Source: Takakia lepidozioides (lineage: Eukaryota > Plantae > Bryophyta). From it: a DNA stretch of 64,000 bases. A program made the position numbers and the translations under genes. Below are positions 61,785 through 64,000 of this stretch, piece by piece; position 1 is the stretch's first letter, and each line of letters opens with the position of its first letter. The notes under the pieces are model-generated. The model searched no databases. It was not told where the DNA came from and was given only the letters and a program-made list of their open reading frames with translations. The stretch lies in contig CM060731.1 in the NCBI GenBank assembly GCA_030704615.1, positions 29,016,001 to 29,080,000 of the forward strand, in the 5' to 3' direction.

Positions 61785-64000
61785 CCCTTCCCCCATCATT
61801 TGCTCATAGCTCTCCAAAGCCTCCATCCCACGTCCCTGCCGTGCATACCACGCAAGCATCACACTCCATGACACCACATCTCGTTCAGCCATAATGTCGG
61901 ACACTCCCTTTGCATCCTAGATGCACCCACATTTTGCAAACATGTTCACCAGGGTTTTGTTCAGGATGACATCTGGTACAATTCCAACTGTGAAGATGTC
62001 GCCATGGACCTCTTTCCCCTAAGCTGCCAGGGCAGTGTTCAGATTGACATTTGGCACAATTCCAACTTTGATGATATCCCCATGCACCTCTTGCCCTTCT
62101 CCAGGCCGGCTGCCAGGCTTGCACAAGCATTGCAAATGCACACAAACATGATGTGCTTCCCCCATCATTTGCTCATAGCTCTCCAAAGCCTCCATCCCAC
62201 GTCCCTGCCGTGCATACCATGCAAGCATTGCACTCCACGACACCACATGTCGTTCAGCCATAGTGTCGAACACTCCCTTTGCATCCTAGATGCACCCACA
62301 TTTTGCAAACATGTTCACCAGGGTTTTGTTCAGAATGACATGTGGTACAATAATAACTCTGAAGATGTCGCCATGCACCTCTTTCCCTAAGCTGCCAGGG
62401 CAGTGTTCAGATTGACATTTGGCACAATTCCAACTTTGATGATATCCCCATGCACCTCTTGCCCTTCTCCAGGCCGGCTGCCAGGCTTGCACAAGCATTG
62501 CAAATGCATACAAACATGATGTGCTTCCCCCATCATTTGCTCATAGCTCTCCAAAGCCTCCATCCCACGTCCCTGCCGTGCATACCATGCAAGCATCGCA
62601 CTCCACGACACCACATCTCGTTCAGCCATAGTGTCGAACAATCCCTTTGCATCCTAGATGCACCCACATTTTGCAAACATGTTCACCAGGGTTTTGTTCA
62701 GAATGACATGTGGTACAATAATAACTCTGAAGATGTCGCCATGCACCTCTTTCCCTAAGCTGCCAGTGTAGTGTTCAGATTGACATTTGGCACAATTCCA
62801 ACTTTGATGATATCCCCATGCACCTCTTGCCCTTCTCCAGGCCGGCTGTCAGGCTTGCACAAGCATTGCAAATGCATACAAACATGATGTGCTTCCCCCA
62901 TCATTTTCTCATACCTCTCCAAAGCCTCCATCCCACGTCCCTGCCGTGCATACCCTGCAAGCATCGCACTCCACGACACCACATCTCGTTCAGCCATAGT
63001 GTCGAACACTCCCTTTGCATCCTAGATGCACCCACATTTTGCAAACATGTTCACCAGGGTATTGTTTAGAATGACATCTGGTACAATTCCAACTCTAAAG
63101 ATGTCGCCATGGACCTCTTTCCCCTTTTCCAAAGCTGCTAGGGCAGTGTTCAGATTGACATTTGGCACAATTCCAGCTGTGATGATATCCCCATTCACCT
63201 CTTGCCCTTCTCCAGGGCTGCCAGGCTTGCACAAGAATTGCAAATGCACACAAACATGATGAGCTTCCCCATCCTTTGCTCATAGGTCTCCAAAGCCTCC
63301 ATCCCACGTCCCTGCCGTGCATACCCTGGACCAGCATCGCACTCCACGACACCACATCTCGTTCAGCCATAGTGTCGAACACTCCCTTTGCATTCTAGAT
63401 CCTAGATCCCTTTGCACCCACATTTTTGCAAACATGTCCACCAGGGTATGGTTCAGAATGACATTTGGTACAATTCCAGCTCTGAAGATGTCGCCATGGA
63501 CCTCTTTCCCCTTTTTCCAGAGCTGCCAGGGCAGTGTTCATAATGACATTTGGTACAATTCCAGCTTTGATGATACCCCATGCACCTCTTTGCCCTCGTC
63601 CAGGCTTGATGCACCCACATTTCGCATACATGTCCACCAGGGTATGGTTCAGACTAACATTTGGTACAATTCCAGCTCTAAAGATGTCGCCATGGACCTC
63701 TTTCCCCTTTTCCAGAGCTGCCAAGGTAGTGTTCATATTCACATTTGGTACAATTCCAGCTTTGATGATATCCCCATGCACCTCTTTGCCCTTCTCCAGG
63801 CCGGCTGCCAGGCTTGCACAAGCATTGCAAATGCACACAAACCTGATGTGCTTCCCCCATCATTTGCTCATAGCTCTCCAAAGCCTCCATTCCACATCCC
63901 TGCTGTGCATACCCTGCAAGCACATCATATCGCACTCCACGACACCACATGTCGTTCAGCCATAGTGTCGAACACTCCCTTTGCATCCTAGATGCACCCA
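61785..64000 (-). repeat. Tandem array of a pseudogenised PLS-class PPR triplet, unit ~368 bp, at least 5.5 units, continuing past the right edge
   Basis: The anchor TCAGCCATA.TGTCG occurs at 61885, 62254, 62622, 62990, 63363 and 63956 (spacings 369, 368, 368, 373, 593). The unit encodes GKEVHGDI..GIVPNV..NTLVNMFAKCGCI*DAKGVFDTMAERDVVSWSAMLAGYARQGRGMEALESYEQM. Confidence 0.93.

Overview
Intron-rich land-plant nuclear DNA. Gene style and transposon types suggest a non-seed plant, but this is inference and the species cannot be read from the sequence. The left ~36 kb holds three host genes: a minus-strand At1g26460-type mitochondrial P-class PPR gene running off the left edge, an 18-exon ~2425-aa trithorax-group SET gene (TDBD-like N-terminus, PHD/ePHD, SET, post-SET), and a 12-exon double LisH/CTLH protein gene. 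A tRNA-derived SINE and a 37-bp-stem hairpin lie in the intergenic spacers. The right ~27 kb is a nested transposon block around an intact but CpG-eroded SR45a-like gene. It contains two Mutator-like remnants with convergent second genes (one a Ulp1/C48 protease), three interleaved Athila-like Ty3/gypsy pieces, and a CACTA end with a TnpA-like exon. One gypsy piece carries a decayed ~1300-codon extra ORF. The window ends in a young ~368-bp tandem array built from a pseudogenised PLS-PPR triplet joined to OSB-type PDF-motif exons. Exon models were built by hand from GT/AG sites and phase checks. Family assignments come from recalled motifs, not database searches.
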